Shown: positions 25,532 to 35,269, numbered from the stretch's first letter. The stretch: DNA of 40,680 nucleotides from an uncultured Acidobacteriota bacterium (GCA_964605715.1 CAZSDV010000001.1:12022-52701); one strand, 5' to 3'. Program-made: numbers and translations. The notes: generated from the sequence alone by a model not told the origin.

Positions 25532-27349
25532 ATGCAGTGGGATCATCAAAATAACCAAATAATGCGTGGGAGATTCATTTTTATCGGGTTAGTTTTTGGA
25601 GTCCTATTGGCCGCTGGAGTGCTCACTGCTTCACCACCGAATGATTCTATCTTTAGAGCGTTAAAAGAAGAGATGAATCGGTCGATGGATGGGTTAAAGA
25701 TGGGGAACCTAGAGCGCCCCTATTACATGGAGTACTACCTGGAAGATGGCAAGCATTGGGCGCTGTCAGCGTCACTCGGCGGGCTGGTGTTTTCGAACTT
25801 TAGGCATGCCCGGCCCTACAAGGTCCGGATCCGTGTAGGTAGCTATCATCAGGACAACAGTAATTTTGAGTTCAGCCGGCCGTTTGGGATAGTTTCCGGC
25901 TCAGGTTTGGCGGGATCCTACCTTCCAATCGAGGACAATTATGATGCTCTTCGGCGGGCCTTTTGGTTGCGCACAGACTATACCTATAAACAAGCCCTGG
26001 AAGCTTTATCCCAGAAACGAGCCTACCGGAGGAACCTCCAAGAAGGGGAGTTGATCGATGACTTCTCATCTGCTGAAGCATTAGTGGAGGTAGCTCCAGA
26101 GGTTAGGCAAGCAGCCCCTGGCGCCAGCTGGGAGCAAAAGTTACGCCGGCTGTCTTCTCTTTTCAAGATTTTTCCACAGATTCAACGTTCCTCAGTCGAA
26201 CTGAATGTTTATCAGGGAAACAAGTATTTCTTGAACAGTGAGGGTTCACGGAATCGCCTCCCTGAGAGTGTAGTTGGGTTCCGTGCTGCTGCTGCAATGC
26301 AGGCGAAGGATGGATCTCCGCTAAGAAACGAAGAGCTAATACTCGTGCGGGACCTTGATGAGCTGCCAGTAGAAGCAACCCTTGAGGAAAAGTTAAAAGA
26401 TATGGCAACGAAGCTCATCCAGCTGGCAAAAGCTCCATTGGCGGAGGATTACTCCGGGCCGGTGCTGCTTACATCTGAGGCAGCTGCCCGACTCCTGGCT
26501 GTTTTGCTTGCACCTCATCTTTCTGGGACCAGACCACTGGAGCGCCCCGAGGGCGGAATGGGCTTCCGGAATTTTTCTCAGTCGAGCGCTTGGAGTTCGC
26601 GATGGAAAGCACGCGTGCTACCTACTTTTTTTGACGTGACGGATGATCCAACACGAGAAATTTTTAATGGATCTCAGTTAATGGGTTCTTTTTCGGTGGA
26701 TCGTGAGGGTGTTCGGGCTAAATCAGTAAGGCTAGTTGAGAACGGAAGACTGATTAGCTTTTTAATGTCTCGCTCTCCTCGAAAGGAAATATTTCACTCG
26801 AATGGGCATGGTCGATCATTAGGTTCAGCCGGCGTAGTCCAGGCAAAACCAGGGAATCTCTTTGTGACTACCACAGAAGGGGTTAATTTCAGCAAGTTAA
26901 AGGTTCAGTTAATTAAGGAGGTGAAAGCACAGGAAAAACCCTTTGGTTTGCTTATACGGAAAATTGGGCCAGTGGTCCCTGCTGGCAGTCGGTCATTCGC
27001 CTCTGCAATGGAGACTGCAGGTGGACCACTTGGGGGCGCATTTTCGGGACTACCAGAGGGCCCAGTTCTAATATATCGGGTTTGGGCAAAGGATGGGCGT
27101 GAAGAGTTAGTGCGTGGGCTCCAGTTTGCATCGATGAATCCGCGGGCACTGCGTGACATTATTTCCGCCGGAAACGAACTAGCAGTTTATAATCACCTTA
27201 CCGTGGCCAGCTCTCTGTCGGGAGTGGATTTACTTCCCACTTCTATTATTGCTCCTGCACTCCTTTTTGACGATATGGAACTGAAGGCCTCACGAGGCCA
27301 AACAAGAAAGCTTCCTGTACTGCTTCCTCCTTTTGGTAATGGCTCCTAG
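25532..27349 (+). CDS. TldE/PmbA-like partner subunit with predicted signal peptide
   Basis: Paralogous to the upstream gene (PYY, RVGSY..DN, YSGPVLL, DDPT, D.EGV, SNGHGR, ELVRGL) but lacks HExxxH; signal-like MRGRFIFIGLVFGVLLAAGVLTA. Confidence 0.85.
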   Translation: MQWDHQNNQIMRGRFIFIGLVFGVLLAAGVLTASPPNDSIFRALKEEMNRSMDGLKMGNLERPYYMEYYLEDGKHWALSASLGGLVFSNFRHARPYKVRIRVGSYHQDNSNFEFSRPFGIVSGSGLAGSYLPIEDNYDALRRAFWLRTDYTYKQALEALSQKRAYRRNLQEGELIDDFSSAEALVEVAPEVRQAAPGASWEQKLRRLSSLFKIFPQIQRSSVELNVYQGNKYFLNSEGSRNRLPESVVGFRAAAAMQAKDGSPLRNEELILVRDLDELPVEATLEEKLKDMATKLIQLAKAPLAEDYSGPVLLTSEAAARLLAVLLAPHLSGTRPLERPEGGMGFRNFSQSSAWSSRWKARVLPTFFDVTDDPTREIFNGSQLMGSFSVDREGVRAKSVRLVENGRLISFLMSRSPRKEIFHSNGHGRSLGSAGVVQAKPGNLFVTTTEGVNFSKLKVQLIKEVKAQEKPFGLLIRKIGPVVPAGSRSFASAMETAGGPLGGAFSGLPEGPVLIYRVWAKDGREELVRGLQFASMNPRALRDIISAGNELAVYNHLTVASSLSGVDLLPTSIIAPALLFDDMELKASRGQTRKLPVLLPPFGNGS

Positions 27350-27539
27350 GCCTGGAAGCATTACAAGTTAGGGTGTTGTAATATTTACTTTTTTAACCCA
27401 ATTTAATTAACGGGATAACTAAGAAGGGATTATGCCTTTTTGGTTGTGGCGATAGGTTAAAGGGAGGGTGGCGTGCTGACTGCTGACATGGGTGTTGGTA
27501 GAGTGTTATGCTGAAAGGGTAAAGAAAAGGGAATAGCTT

Positions 27540-28022
27540 ATGAAGGCGGAAAACCTCAAGTCGGCTTGGCAATTACTAGAAGAAGCCTATCAATGTCAAA
27601 TGGCCAAGGATTTTAATATGGCCGTCAGGCTTTATCAGCGCTCAATTGACCTTCACCCGACTGCTGAAGCTTACACCTTCCTTGGTTGGACATACCATTT
27701 TCAAGGAAGGGAAGATGATGCAATTGCTGAATGCAAGAAAGCCATCCGGGTTGACCCAGATTTTGGAAACCCATATAACGATATTGGATCGTATCTGATT
27801 AAAAAGGGTAAATTTAATGAGGCTTTGCCCTGGCTGGAGCGTGCGATTCAGTCGCGCCGTTATAATTCCTACCATTTTCCCTACCATAACATGGGACGTA
27901 TATATGTGGCCCAGGAGCTTTATAAGAAAGCTCGCAGTTGCTTCGAAAAGGCCTTAAAGCTCTTCCCTGGCTACAATCCTTCCCAGGAAGCCCTCGAACA
28001 GTTGAAAAGAAAGGTCCAATAA
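27540..28022 (+). CDS. Small cytoplasmic TPR protein
   Basis: About four TPRs: PTAEAYTFLGWTY, AIAECKKAI.VDPDFGNPYNDIG.YL, and HFPYHNMGRIY. Confidence 0.88.
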   Translation: MKAENLKSAWQLLEEAYQCQMAKDFNMAVRLYQRSIDLHPTAEAYTFLGWTYHFQGREDDAIAECKKAIRVDPDFGNPYNDIGSYLIKKGKFNEALPWLERAIQSRRYNSYHFPYHNMGRIYVAQELYKKARSCFEKALKLFPGYNPSQEALEQLKRKVQ

Positions 28023-28060
28023 AAGGATTTCTGTCCAGCTTTTCATGATCCAATAAGAGA

Positions 28061-28585
28061 CTAGGTTTTGATGACTTCCATGGTGCAGGAAATTTCCTGT
28101 GCAGGAAAAATCCAAGCTGCGTGCTTTTCGTACCAAGGGAGTGACCAGCTAGCGATGGCACGGCCTATCCCATCCAAAAGAAAACTGTGGCCAAATGTAA
28201 CTCGGCAGTCGAGGATACGGAAACGAAAGGCCTGGCCTGAAAATCGCTGGAAGGACTCACCCGTGAAATGACGGAAGCTTTGCGCAGCCAAATGGTGGCG
28301 ATGTGTTGGGTCAGAGAAGGAATTATGGGAGCTGAAGTGAGGAGTGATGATATGAATTTTTGCCCGAGGCTGGCCAATGCGGTATACCTCTTTCATGACT
28401 CCCATTAAGTCATTTAGGTGTTCAAGGACGTGCGAAAGGTAAATCCGGGAGGCCGAATTGTCCTGCAAGGGCCAAGGAAGCTGGTCTAGATTACAGATCA
28501 CGTCTGCTGAGGAGTCGAGCGTCTGATCGAGACCTAGAGATCCGGGTTCAATCTTATTTTTTCCGCAACCAACATCGATGGTCAT
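28061..28585 (-). CDS. Class I SAM-dependent methyltransferase-like protein (Methyltransf_11-like)
   Basis: IDVGCG, D..CNL...PWP, SHVLEHL, E.YRI, TPHFS and DPTH. Confidence 0.8.
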   Translation of the reverse strand: MTIDVGCGKNKIEPGSLGLDQTLDSSADVICNLDQLPWPLQDNSASRIYLSHVLEHLNDLMGVMKEVYRIGQPRAKIHIITPHFSSHNSFSDPTHRHHLAAQSFRHFTGESFQRFSGQAFRFRILDCRVTFGHSFLLDGIGRAIASWSLPWYEKHAAWIFPAQEISCTMEVIKT

Positions 28586-28656
28586 AGTTTTGGTTAAAAG
28601 GCGAAGTCAGGCACTATGTTATCATCCCAGAAGGGAGACGGGCACTACTAGTTGCT

Positions 28657-28860
28657 ATGAGTAAAATTCTACAAAGTAAGACACTGAAAATGTCTTATGT
28701 CGCAATGGTGCAATGTGTCCGTTGCCGAACGCGTGAGGCCATGCAAGTAAGCTGTGAAAAACTGGAGGAGATTAAATCGTCCCAACCCTTTAGGCGCCCC
28801 TGCCCGGAGTGTCAGTGTGAAACCCATTGGGTGTATCTGCCCCTTGGTGTCAGTCGGTAG
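28657..28860 (+). CDS. Small putative zinc-ribbon protein
   Basis: Two CxxC pairs (CVRC and CPEC, followed by ETHW); fills the gap between the methyltransferase and alr. Start is uncertain. Confidence 0.55.
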   Translation: MSKILQSKTLKMSYVAMVQCVRCRTREAMQVSCEKLEEIKSSQPFRRPCPECQCETHWVYLPLGVSR

Positions 28861-28888
28861 ATCCTTAAATTTATTACTGAAACTTTCA

Positions 28889-30040
28889 TTAGAGATAGAT
28901 TCGTGGCACCCTTTTGCCGATGGAGCAGAGGACCTCGTAAGGTAATGTATCTAATTGATCAGCTACTTCGCGGGCTCCAATGTTGCAATGGGGCGAAGTA
29001 CCGATAAAGGTGGCCACATCACCAACCTCTGCGCCGGGAACCTCTGTGAGGTCAAGTAAGGCTAAGTCCATACTGATGTTCCCAACGATTGGGACATAAT
29101 GGTCACGTACGATGGCACGGCCTCGATTAGAGAGTTTTCTGCTTAGTCCGTCAGCATATCCAATTGGCACTGTCGCGATTCGAGAGGGACGCTGAGTGCG
29201 GAAGGTTCCTCCATAACCGAGAAACGCTCCCGCTGGAAAATCCTTTAAAAACACAATGCGCGATTTTAGTTCGAGTAGAGGTTTAAAATCAGCCGCCAAA
29301 ACAGTACTCTGACGCTGGTTGTAATCGAAAGGTGGGTAGAAGCCATAGAGAAGAGCACCGACACGAACCAGATTTTCACTAAATCCGAGATTGTTGGTTA
29401 TTTGGGTAATCAGGGCGGCACTGTTTGATGCATGAATCCATTTAGGGTTCACCCCGGAGGCGTGCAACTCTCGCATTAAGGCCGAGAAGCGTTGCAGCTG
29501 CTGGTGCGCTTGCTGTTTCTCGGGCGATGCCAGGTGGGTTAGTATTCCTTTTAGAGAGATGCCTTCGAGTTGACGATAATGATCTAAGAATGCTTGCCAG
29601 AGTTCTGGTGGCATCCCTAGGCGCCCCATGCCAGTATCTATTTTTAGATGGAACCCAATTGGTTTTCCAAGTTGCCGTGCACATTCAGCATAAGTGTCCA
29701 TTCTGGCAGTGGAGGAAACAGTGGGAATTAGATCGTACTCGACGAGATGTGCAGGGTCACTCAGGTAGAGTCCTCCTAGCAAGAGAATTGGTCGGGAAAT
29801 TCCCCCATGGCGCAGTTCTATAGCTTCTTCTGCAGTTGCAACACCGAACCAGTCTATGCCTGCTTTTTCCAGGGTTTCAGCAACGGGCACAGCCCCATGG
29901 CCGTAGGCGTCTGCCTTGACAACGGCCATGATGCGGCGATCTGGGCCCGTAAGGAGGCGCAGACGTGCTAGGTTGGCTTTGAGTTTTGATAGGGAAATTT
30001 CTGCCCAGGTAGGCCTGAGAAGTGTTTCAGGTTTCTTCAC
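28889..30040 (-). CDS. alr: Alanine racemase
   Basis: MAVVKADAYGHG (PLP lysine), HLKIDTGMGRLG, SNSA, GYADG, ISMD and YEVLC.IGKRVPR. Confidence 0.97.
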   Translation of the reverse strand: MKKPETLLRPTWAEISLSKLKANLARLRLLTGPDRRIMAVVKADAYGHGAVPVAETLEKAGIDWFGVATAEEAIELRHGGISRPILLLGGLYLSDPAHLVEYDLIPTVSSTARMDTYAECARQLGKPIGFHLKIDTGMGRLGMPPELWQAFLDHYRQLEGISLKGILTHLASPEKQQAHQQLQRFSALMRELHASGVNPKWIHASNSAALITQITNNLGFSENLVRVGALLYGFYPPFDYNQRQSTVLAADFKPLLELKSRIVFLKDFPAGAFLGYGGTFRTQRPSRIATVPIGYADGLSRKLSNRGRAIVRDHYVPIVGNISMDLALLDLTEVPGAEVGDVATFIGTSPHCNIGAREVADQLDTLPYEVLCSIGKRVPRIYL

Positions 30041-30094
30041 CGGATCGTTTGGAGTGGCCTTTTTGATTTATGTTGTTCTTCGTTGAACCGAACC

Positions 30095-31495
30095 TTACTC
30101 CACAGGTTCACCTATGGGATCATCGAGAGGTTCATTCATGGAAGAGTAGTTTTCGAACAGGGCATACGGTTTCAGAAACACCAAGTTCACTTGGCCTGTT
30201 GGCCCGTTTCGCTGTTTGCCCACATTTAATTCTGTTTTTCCGGCTGGCTCGTCGTTATCCTTACCATCATCCCGGTGCCGGTACATATCAGGACGGTGAA
30301 GGAATAAAACGACATCAGCGTCCTGCTCAATAGACCCAGATTCACGGAGGTCTGAGAGTTGCGGTCGATGACCCGGCCTTCCTTCTGGGGCTCGACTGAG
30401 TTGCGAGAGTGCCAGAACGGGAATATTTAACTCCTTAGCTATCCCTTTTAGGCTGCGGGAGATAAACGAGACTTCCTGAGTGCGATTTTCGAAGCGCCTT
30501 CCACCGCTAATTAGCTGCAGGTAGTCAATCACTAACAGGTCTAATCCTTGTTCGGCAGCTAGGCGTCTCGCTTTGGCGCGGATCTGCATTATGGTCAGAG
30601 CTGGCGTATCTTCAATGTAAAGAGGCGCTTCCGCAAGCTGTCCTAGGGCGCGTGACATTTGTTGCCAATGTTCCTGGCTTTTCAGAAACCCGGTCCGAAG
30701 TTTGTGACTGTCAATCCGACCTTGTGCGCAAAGAAGCCGCAAGACCAGCGATTCCTTACTCATCTCAAGCGAAATTACGCCGACGGACTTTTTTCTTCCT
30801 ATGGCTGCATGGGCGGAGATATTGAGTGCGAGGGCGGTTTTTCCTACGGAGGGACGAGCGGCCAAAATCGAGAGTTCTGAGGGCTGTAACCCTGAGGTCA
30901 TATTGTCCAAGTCAGTGTAGCCAGTTTCGATACCAGTGACGCGTTGGCCGCGGTCAAAGAGGACATCAATGGTTCCAAAGCTTGACTTGACGATGTCTTT
31001 GATACCCAGAAAACCAGTTTTTACCTTTTGTGATGCAATTTCAAAAAATTGCCCTTGCGCAAGATCGATCATTGTTTCAGCATCGTCGCCCTCCTGCTGA
31101 GCTCGGGAAATAAGGTTTTCAGAAATGTTGATTAGCCGTCTCAGGGTGGATTTTTCTTTAACGATGCGGGTGTATTCAGTAATGTTAGATGAGGTACCGA
31201 ACGGAACTCCCTCTGAAAGCTCCGCAAGGTAAGTTACGCCGCCTACCTTTTCTAGCCATCCATCTTGTCCTAATCCTTCCGAAAGCGTCACGACGTCAAT
31301 TTGGTGGTTACTTTCGGAAAGCCCTAACATTTTTTGGAAGATCTGGCGGTGGGACTCAGAGAAAAAGTCTTCCCGGGTAACATGCTCAACTACGGTGTTC
31401 AGGGTGGAATTATCCAACAGGATAAAACCCAATAGGGCGCGCTCCGCTTCCAGGTTCTGTGGTACCTGCTTTCGGTTTGAGGTGTCGACAGGCAT
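30095..31495 (-). CDS. dnaB: Replicative DNA helicase
   Basis: PQNLEAE, AARPSVGKT (Walker A), SLEMS, IDYLQL, LSQLSR, SDLRESGSIEQDAD and KQRNGPTG; no intein. Confidence 0.98.
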   Translation of the reverse strand: MPVDTSNRKQVPQNLEAERALLGFILLDNSTLNTVVEHVTREDFFSESHRQIFQKMLGLSESNHQIDVVTLSEGLGQDGWLEKVGGVTYLAELSEGVPFGTSSNITEYTRIVKEKSTLRRLINISENLISRAQQEGDDAETMIDLAQGQFFEIASQKVKTGFLGIKDIVKSSFGTIDVLFDRGQRVTGIETGYTDLDNMTSGLQPSELSILAARPSVGKTALALNISAHAAIGRKKSVGVISLEMSKESLVLRLLCAQGRIDSHKLRTGFLKSQEHWQQMSRALGQLAEAPLYIEDTPALTIMQIRAKARRLAAEQGLDLLVIDYLQLISGGRRFENRTQEVSFISRSLKGIAKELNIPVLALSQLSRAPEGRPGHRPQLSDLRESGSIEQDADVVLFLHRPDMYRHRDDGKDNDEPAGKTELNVGKQRNGPTGQVNLVFLKPYALFENYSSMNEPLDDPIGEPVE

Positions 31496-31556
31496 CGAGG
31501 TAAGCGTAGCTATTCTTTCCGGAGCCTCTAGGGCTGGAGGCCTCCAGAGGATAAAA

Positions 31557-32039
31557 TCATTCGCCTTCTTTTTCTTTGGGTTCTTTTTCCGATTGACCTT
31601 CAGCTTCTACGCGAACCTTTAGGGAAGCGATAACCTCTCGGTGAAGTCTAATAGGCACCGAGTGCTCTCCTAGAATCTTAATGGGTTCTCGAAGGTCAAT
31701 CTTTTTTCGATCAATTTCAAATTTATGGGCGGAAAGCCATTCGGCCAGGTCAAGCGAGGTTACTGAGCCAAACAAGGTTTCCTTTTCACCAGCCTTTCGT
31801 TTTATGACGGCGGTGAGTTCCTCAAGCAGCTCAGCTAACTTCTCGGCGCCCTCCTTGTTCCTGGCATCCAGTCGAAGAAGCTTGGCCCTTTTTTGTTCGA
31901 GCATCTTAAGATTTCCTGGGGTTGCTGGTATAGCTAACTTTTTTGGTAATAGGTAGTTACGTCCGTAACCGTTTGCCACCCGGACGACCTGTCCGGGGGC
32001 TCCTAACTTGTCCACCTCTTGGAGTAAAATTATTTCCAT
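31557..32039 (-). CDS. rplI: 50S ribosomal protein L9
   Basis: MEIILLQEV..LG..G.VV.V..GYGRNYLLP and LFGSVT. Confidence 0.98.
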   Translation of the reverse strand: MEIILLQEVDKLGAPGQVVRVANGYGRNYLLPKKLAIPATPGNLKMLEQKRAKLLRLDARNKEGAEKLAELLEELTAVIKRKAGEKETLFGSVTSLDLAEWLSAHKFEIDRKKIDLREPIKILGEHSVPIRLHREVIASLKVRVEAEGQSEKEPKEKEGE

Positions 32040-32078
32040 CTGATTCTCCTACAGAGATCTTTAGTGTTTCTTATGTTT

Positions 32079-32354
32079 TTAGGACCGCGTCGCAAATGGA
32101 AGCATTGCGATGTTACGAGCTCGCTTAACAGCCACAGTGAGTTTCCTCTGGTGTCTTGAGCAGACTCCAGTCAGGCGACGAGGAAGAATCTTTCCTTGGG
32201 CGGAGACAAACTGACCAATCAACCCAGTATTCTTGTAATTGATGTCGTCAATTTTTTCCGTGCAGAACTTACAGACCTTCTTGCGACGGAAATACTGCCG
32301 CCGACCACCTCCGGGGCGTGAACTTCGGTTGCCATATTTTTTTTGTTCTGCCAC
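32079..32354 (-). CDS. rpsR: 30S ribosomal protein S18 (Zn-binding C+ form)
   Basis: RRKKVCKFC, GKILPRRLTGVCSRHQR and AVKRAR. Confidence 0.98.
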   Translation of the reverse strand: MAEQKKYGNRSSRPGGGRRQYFRRKKVCKFCTEKIDDINYKNTGLIGQFVSAQGKILPRRLTGVCSRHQRKLTVAVKRARNIAMLPFATRS

Positions 32355-32377
32355 AGTCCTTGTTTCTCCTAAGAAAT

Positions 32378-32797
32378 TTAGCTTGCCTCAGCCGATGCTG
32401 GTTTTTTCTTTTCTTCTTGTTCTGCCTGTTCTGCCGGCCGAGCCCGAGCCTTGCGCCTCGCCTCGCGTTTTTCGCGGTTCTTTTTCATCTTTTCCAGCTT
32501 TTTTAGTTCTTCGTCTACGCGTACTGAGATAAATTTTATGACGGAGTCTGTTACCTTTAAGCGCCGTTCAACTTTCTTTACTGTGTCCCCTACCGCTTTC
32601 AGGCGGATCAGAACATAGAAGCCCTCTCGGTGTCCCTCGATACGGTAGGCTAGTTTTCGGGTTCCGACTTTATCGACCTCAGTAACCTCGCCTCCAGAAC
32701 TAGTTACCCATTCTGTTGCCTGGCTAACAATTTTATCTTTTTCTTCTTCAGTTAAGTCAGGTTTTACGATGAACATTAATTCGTATTCTCTTGCCAC
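32378..32797 (-). CDS. rpsF: 30S ribosomal protein S6
   Basis: REYELMFIVKPDL, G.RKLAY.I and EGFY. Confidence 0.98.
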   Translation of the reverse strand: MAREYELMFIVKPDLTEEEKDKIVSQATEWVTSSGGEVTEVDKVGTRKLAYRIEGHREGFYVLIRLKAVGDTVKKVERRLKVTDSVIKFISVRVDEELKKLEKMKKNREKREARRKARARPAEQAEQEEKKKPASAEAS

Positions 32798-32800
32798 AAC

Positions 32801-33400
32801 CTATCCTCCGTTTTCCTTTGACCTGGTCGAGACCCGGTGATTAAACCGATTCATGGCTTTCCGGGGCCCCTCTTTTAGGATCATGTGAACAGCGTCAACG
32901 GCCTGATCCAGAAGGTCCGATACCGCCCCCAACTCTTTCCTGCGAAACTGCCCTAGAAGGTAAGCAGTTGTTTCTTCAGGGGGTGAGCTGAGGTTTGGCT
33001 GGATTCCCATACGCACCCTAACAAAATCGTCGGTCTGAATTGCACCGATAATGGATTTTACCCCGTTATGCCCGCCCGCTGTCCCTCGCCTGCGAATGCG
33101 GATCATCCCCAATGGTAGGTCGAGGTCATCAAATAGAACCATTGTATCTTGGGGTGCTATTGAATACCTCGCCAGGAGTTGAGCCACTGCCTCCCCGCTC
33201 AGGTTCATGTAGGTCTGTGGCTTTGCAAGCAATACAGCCTGTCCAACCAAGGTGGCCTTGCCGGACAGCGATCGAGTCTCCTTTTTGGTTACCCTTGCCT
33301 CACAGCCTTGTGCTAATCGGTCAACGGCCATAAAGCCTAGATTATGCGGGGATAACGCGTATTCAGAACCCGGATTTCCTAGACCGACGATCAACTTCAA
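32801..33400 (-). CDS. pth: Peptidyl-tRNA hydrolase
   Basis: LIVGLGNPG, HNLGF, KPQTYMNLSG, DDLDLP and GGHNG. Confidence 0.98.
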   Translation of the reverse strand: MKLIVGLGNPGSEYALSPHNLGFMAVDRLAQGCEARVTKKETRSLSGKATLVGQAVLLAKPQTYMNLSGEAVAQLLARYSIAPQDTMVLFDDLDLPLGMIRIRRRGTAGGHNGVKSIIGAIQTDDFVRVRMGIQPNLSSPPEETTAYLLGQFRRKELGAVSDLLDQAVDAVHMILKEGPRKAMNRFNHRVSTRSKENGG

Positions 33401-33426
33401 GAGATTTTATTCCATCCCGGCTGGGC

Positions 33427-34116
33427 TTATTCTTTAGTCCCGGCGTCGCCTTCACTCTCACCTTCTTCCGCAGTCTTCGGTTTGCGAATTAACTCGGGTT
33501 CCGATGCTCCTTCCGTAGCCTCCACCTCTTCGGCTGGGGCCTCCTCCTCTTCCACACGCGGAGCCATGACATGAACGATCACATGACCAGGGTCCGTGAT
33601 TAATTTGACTTCAGAGTTAAACGGAAAGTCTCCAGCGCGAATTCCGTCTCCCAGGCCTAACTCGCTCACATTGACAAGCATCTCTTCAGGAATATCTTTT
33701 GGAAGGCATTCAACTTCCACTTCGCGCATAACGAAGTCGAGAACGCCTCCGTCAACCTTAACACCCCTAGATTCACCTTCCAGGTGAACAGGGACCCTGA
33801 CCTTTAGTTTGGTTCCTGCTGCAACTCGAAGGATATCCACGTGTAGCAGTTTACCCCACAGGGGTTCATACGCCCAATCACGCAGCATGGCTTGGCCGGT
33901 AGACTTTCCTTCTACCTTCAAATCAAACAGTGTGTTGTGACCTCCTGAAGAGTTAAGAACCTGTTGGATTTGATAAGGGTGGACCGCTAAAGATAGCGCC
34001 TTGCTTCCATTACTGTAAGCCACAGCGGGTATTTCTCCGGAGGCCCTTAGTCGTCGGGCAGCATTCTTTCCTCTTTCCTTTCGAGTCCTGGCTGCCACGG
34101 AAATTTTTTCTGGCAT
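33427..34116 (-). CDS. rplY: 50S ribosomal protein L25 / Ctc (long form with acidic tail)
   Basis: GKNAARRLR..G.IPAV.Y, HVD, GVK..GG.L and CLP..IPE. Confidence 0.97.
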   Translation of the reverse strand: MPEKISVAARTRKERGKNAARRLRASGEIPAVAYSNGSKALSLAVHPYQIQQVLNSSGGHNTLFDLKVEGKSTGQAMLRDWAYEPLWGKLLHVDILRVAAGTKLKVRVPVHLEGESRGVKVDGGVLDFVMREVEVECLPKDIPEEMLVNVSELGLGDGIRAGDFPFNSEVKLITDPGHVIVHVMAPRVEEEEAPAEEVEATEGASEPELIRKPKTAEEGESEGDAGTKE

Positions 34117-34193
34117 AATTCGAAGTTCCTTAATTAACCTTCATGGTCCTGGTTCTGTCATTCTGTCCGTATATCTTGGCCTTGGTTCCATTC

Positions 34194-35189
34194 TTAAACA
34201 AATAAACGGCTCACAGAGGACTCCTGGTGCACCGAACGGATGGTTTCTGCTAAAAGCTCTCCAACGCTCAGGACATGGATCCGCTTGTACGGTTTAGCAT
34301 TTTCGGAAAGAGGAATCGAGTTAGTGACAACGACCTTGGTAACATGAGATCCAATCAGTTTTTCAATCGCCTTTCCGGCAAACACAGGGTGGGTAGCACA
34401 AGCGTATACTTTTTTGGCCCTCTTTGCCAGGAGAGCCTCAATGCTGCGTACCAATGTCCCGCCCGTGTCAATCATATCATCGACAATGAGGGCTGTCTTG
34501 CCTTCTACGTTACCGATGACATTCATAACTTCTACGGCCTGGTCATCCCCTCGTCTTTTATCAATGATTGCCAGAGGCACATTAAGTCTTTTAGCGAAGG
34601 CGCGGGCCCTTTCCACACCTCCTGAGTCAGGGGAAACCACAACTAAATCTTTTAGCTTTAACTTCTTGAAGTAAGCGCCAAGTACCGGCGTAGCATAAAG
34701 ATGGTCCACTGGTATATTGAAGAAACCTTGAATTTGCCCCACGTGAAGATCGAGAGTTACCACGCGCGAAGCTCCGGCTGAAGTCAAGAGATCAGCTACC
34801 AATTTTGAGGTAATTGGTACTCGGGGCCTGTCTTTCCGGTCCTGTCGCGCATAGCCGTAATAGGGAATGACGGCCGTAATTCGCTTTGCGGAAGCTCGTC
34901 GCAGGGCGTCTAAAATAACCAGTAACTCAACAAGGTTTTCGTTGACCGGACGGCAAGTAGGCTGGACCACGAAAACGTCAGAGCCTCGCACATTCTCTTG
35001 GATTTGAACTTTTACCTCACCGTCAGGAAATCGACCCACTAGAAGCCTTCCTAGCTTAATGTGTAACCGCCTACAAATTTCCTTGGCAAGCACCGGGTGA
35101 GCATTGCCGGAAAATACTTTTATTCCATTGCTCCGGGGCATAATATTTATCTCAACTAACTTTTGGTTGGACTCGAGACCCTGCTCCAT
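34194..35189 (-). CDS. prs: Ribose-phosphate pyrophosphokinase
   Basis: PYYGYARQDRK, DLH..QIQGFF, VVSPD.GG and DDMIDTGGT. The start may be a few codons downstream. Confidence 0.98.
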   Translation of the reverse strand: MEQGLESNQKLVEINIMPRSNGIKVFSGNAHPVLAKEICRRLHIKLGRLLVGRFPDGEVKVQIQENVRGSDVFVVQPTCRPVNENLVELLVILDALRRASAKRITAVIPYYGYARQDRKDRPRVPITSKLVADLLTSAGASRVVTLDLHVGQIQGFFNIPVDHLYATPVLGAYFKKLKLKDLVVVSPDSGGVERARAFAKRLNVPLAIIDKRRGDDQAVEVMNVIGNVEGKTALIVDDMIDTGGTLVRSIEALLAKRAKKVYACATHPVFAGKAIEKLIGSHVTKVVVTNSIPLSENAKPYKRIHVLSVGELLAETIRSVHQESSVSRLFV

Positions 35190-35269
35190 TTAGCGTTCGG
35201 GATTTGCATTTTTTCTGTTACCGCACTACGTATTACCCTAAACCCCCTAAAATCCCCTTTATCAGGATT

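Noticed and set aside
32354-32378. No ssb/priB between rpsF and rpsR
   Set aside because: Direct rpsF-rpsR-rplI order is common in many lineages.
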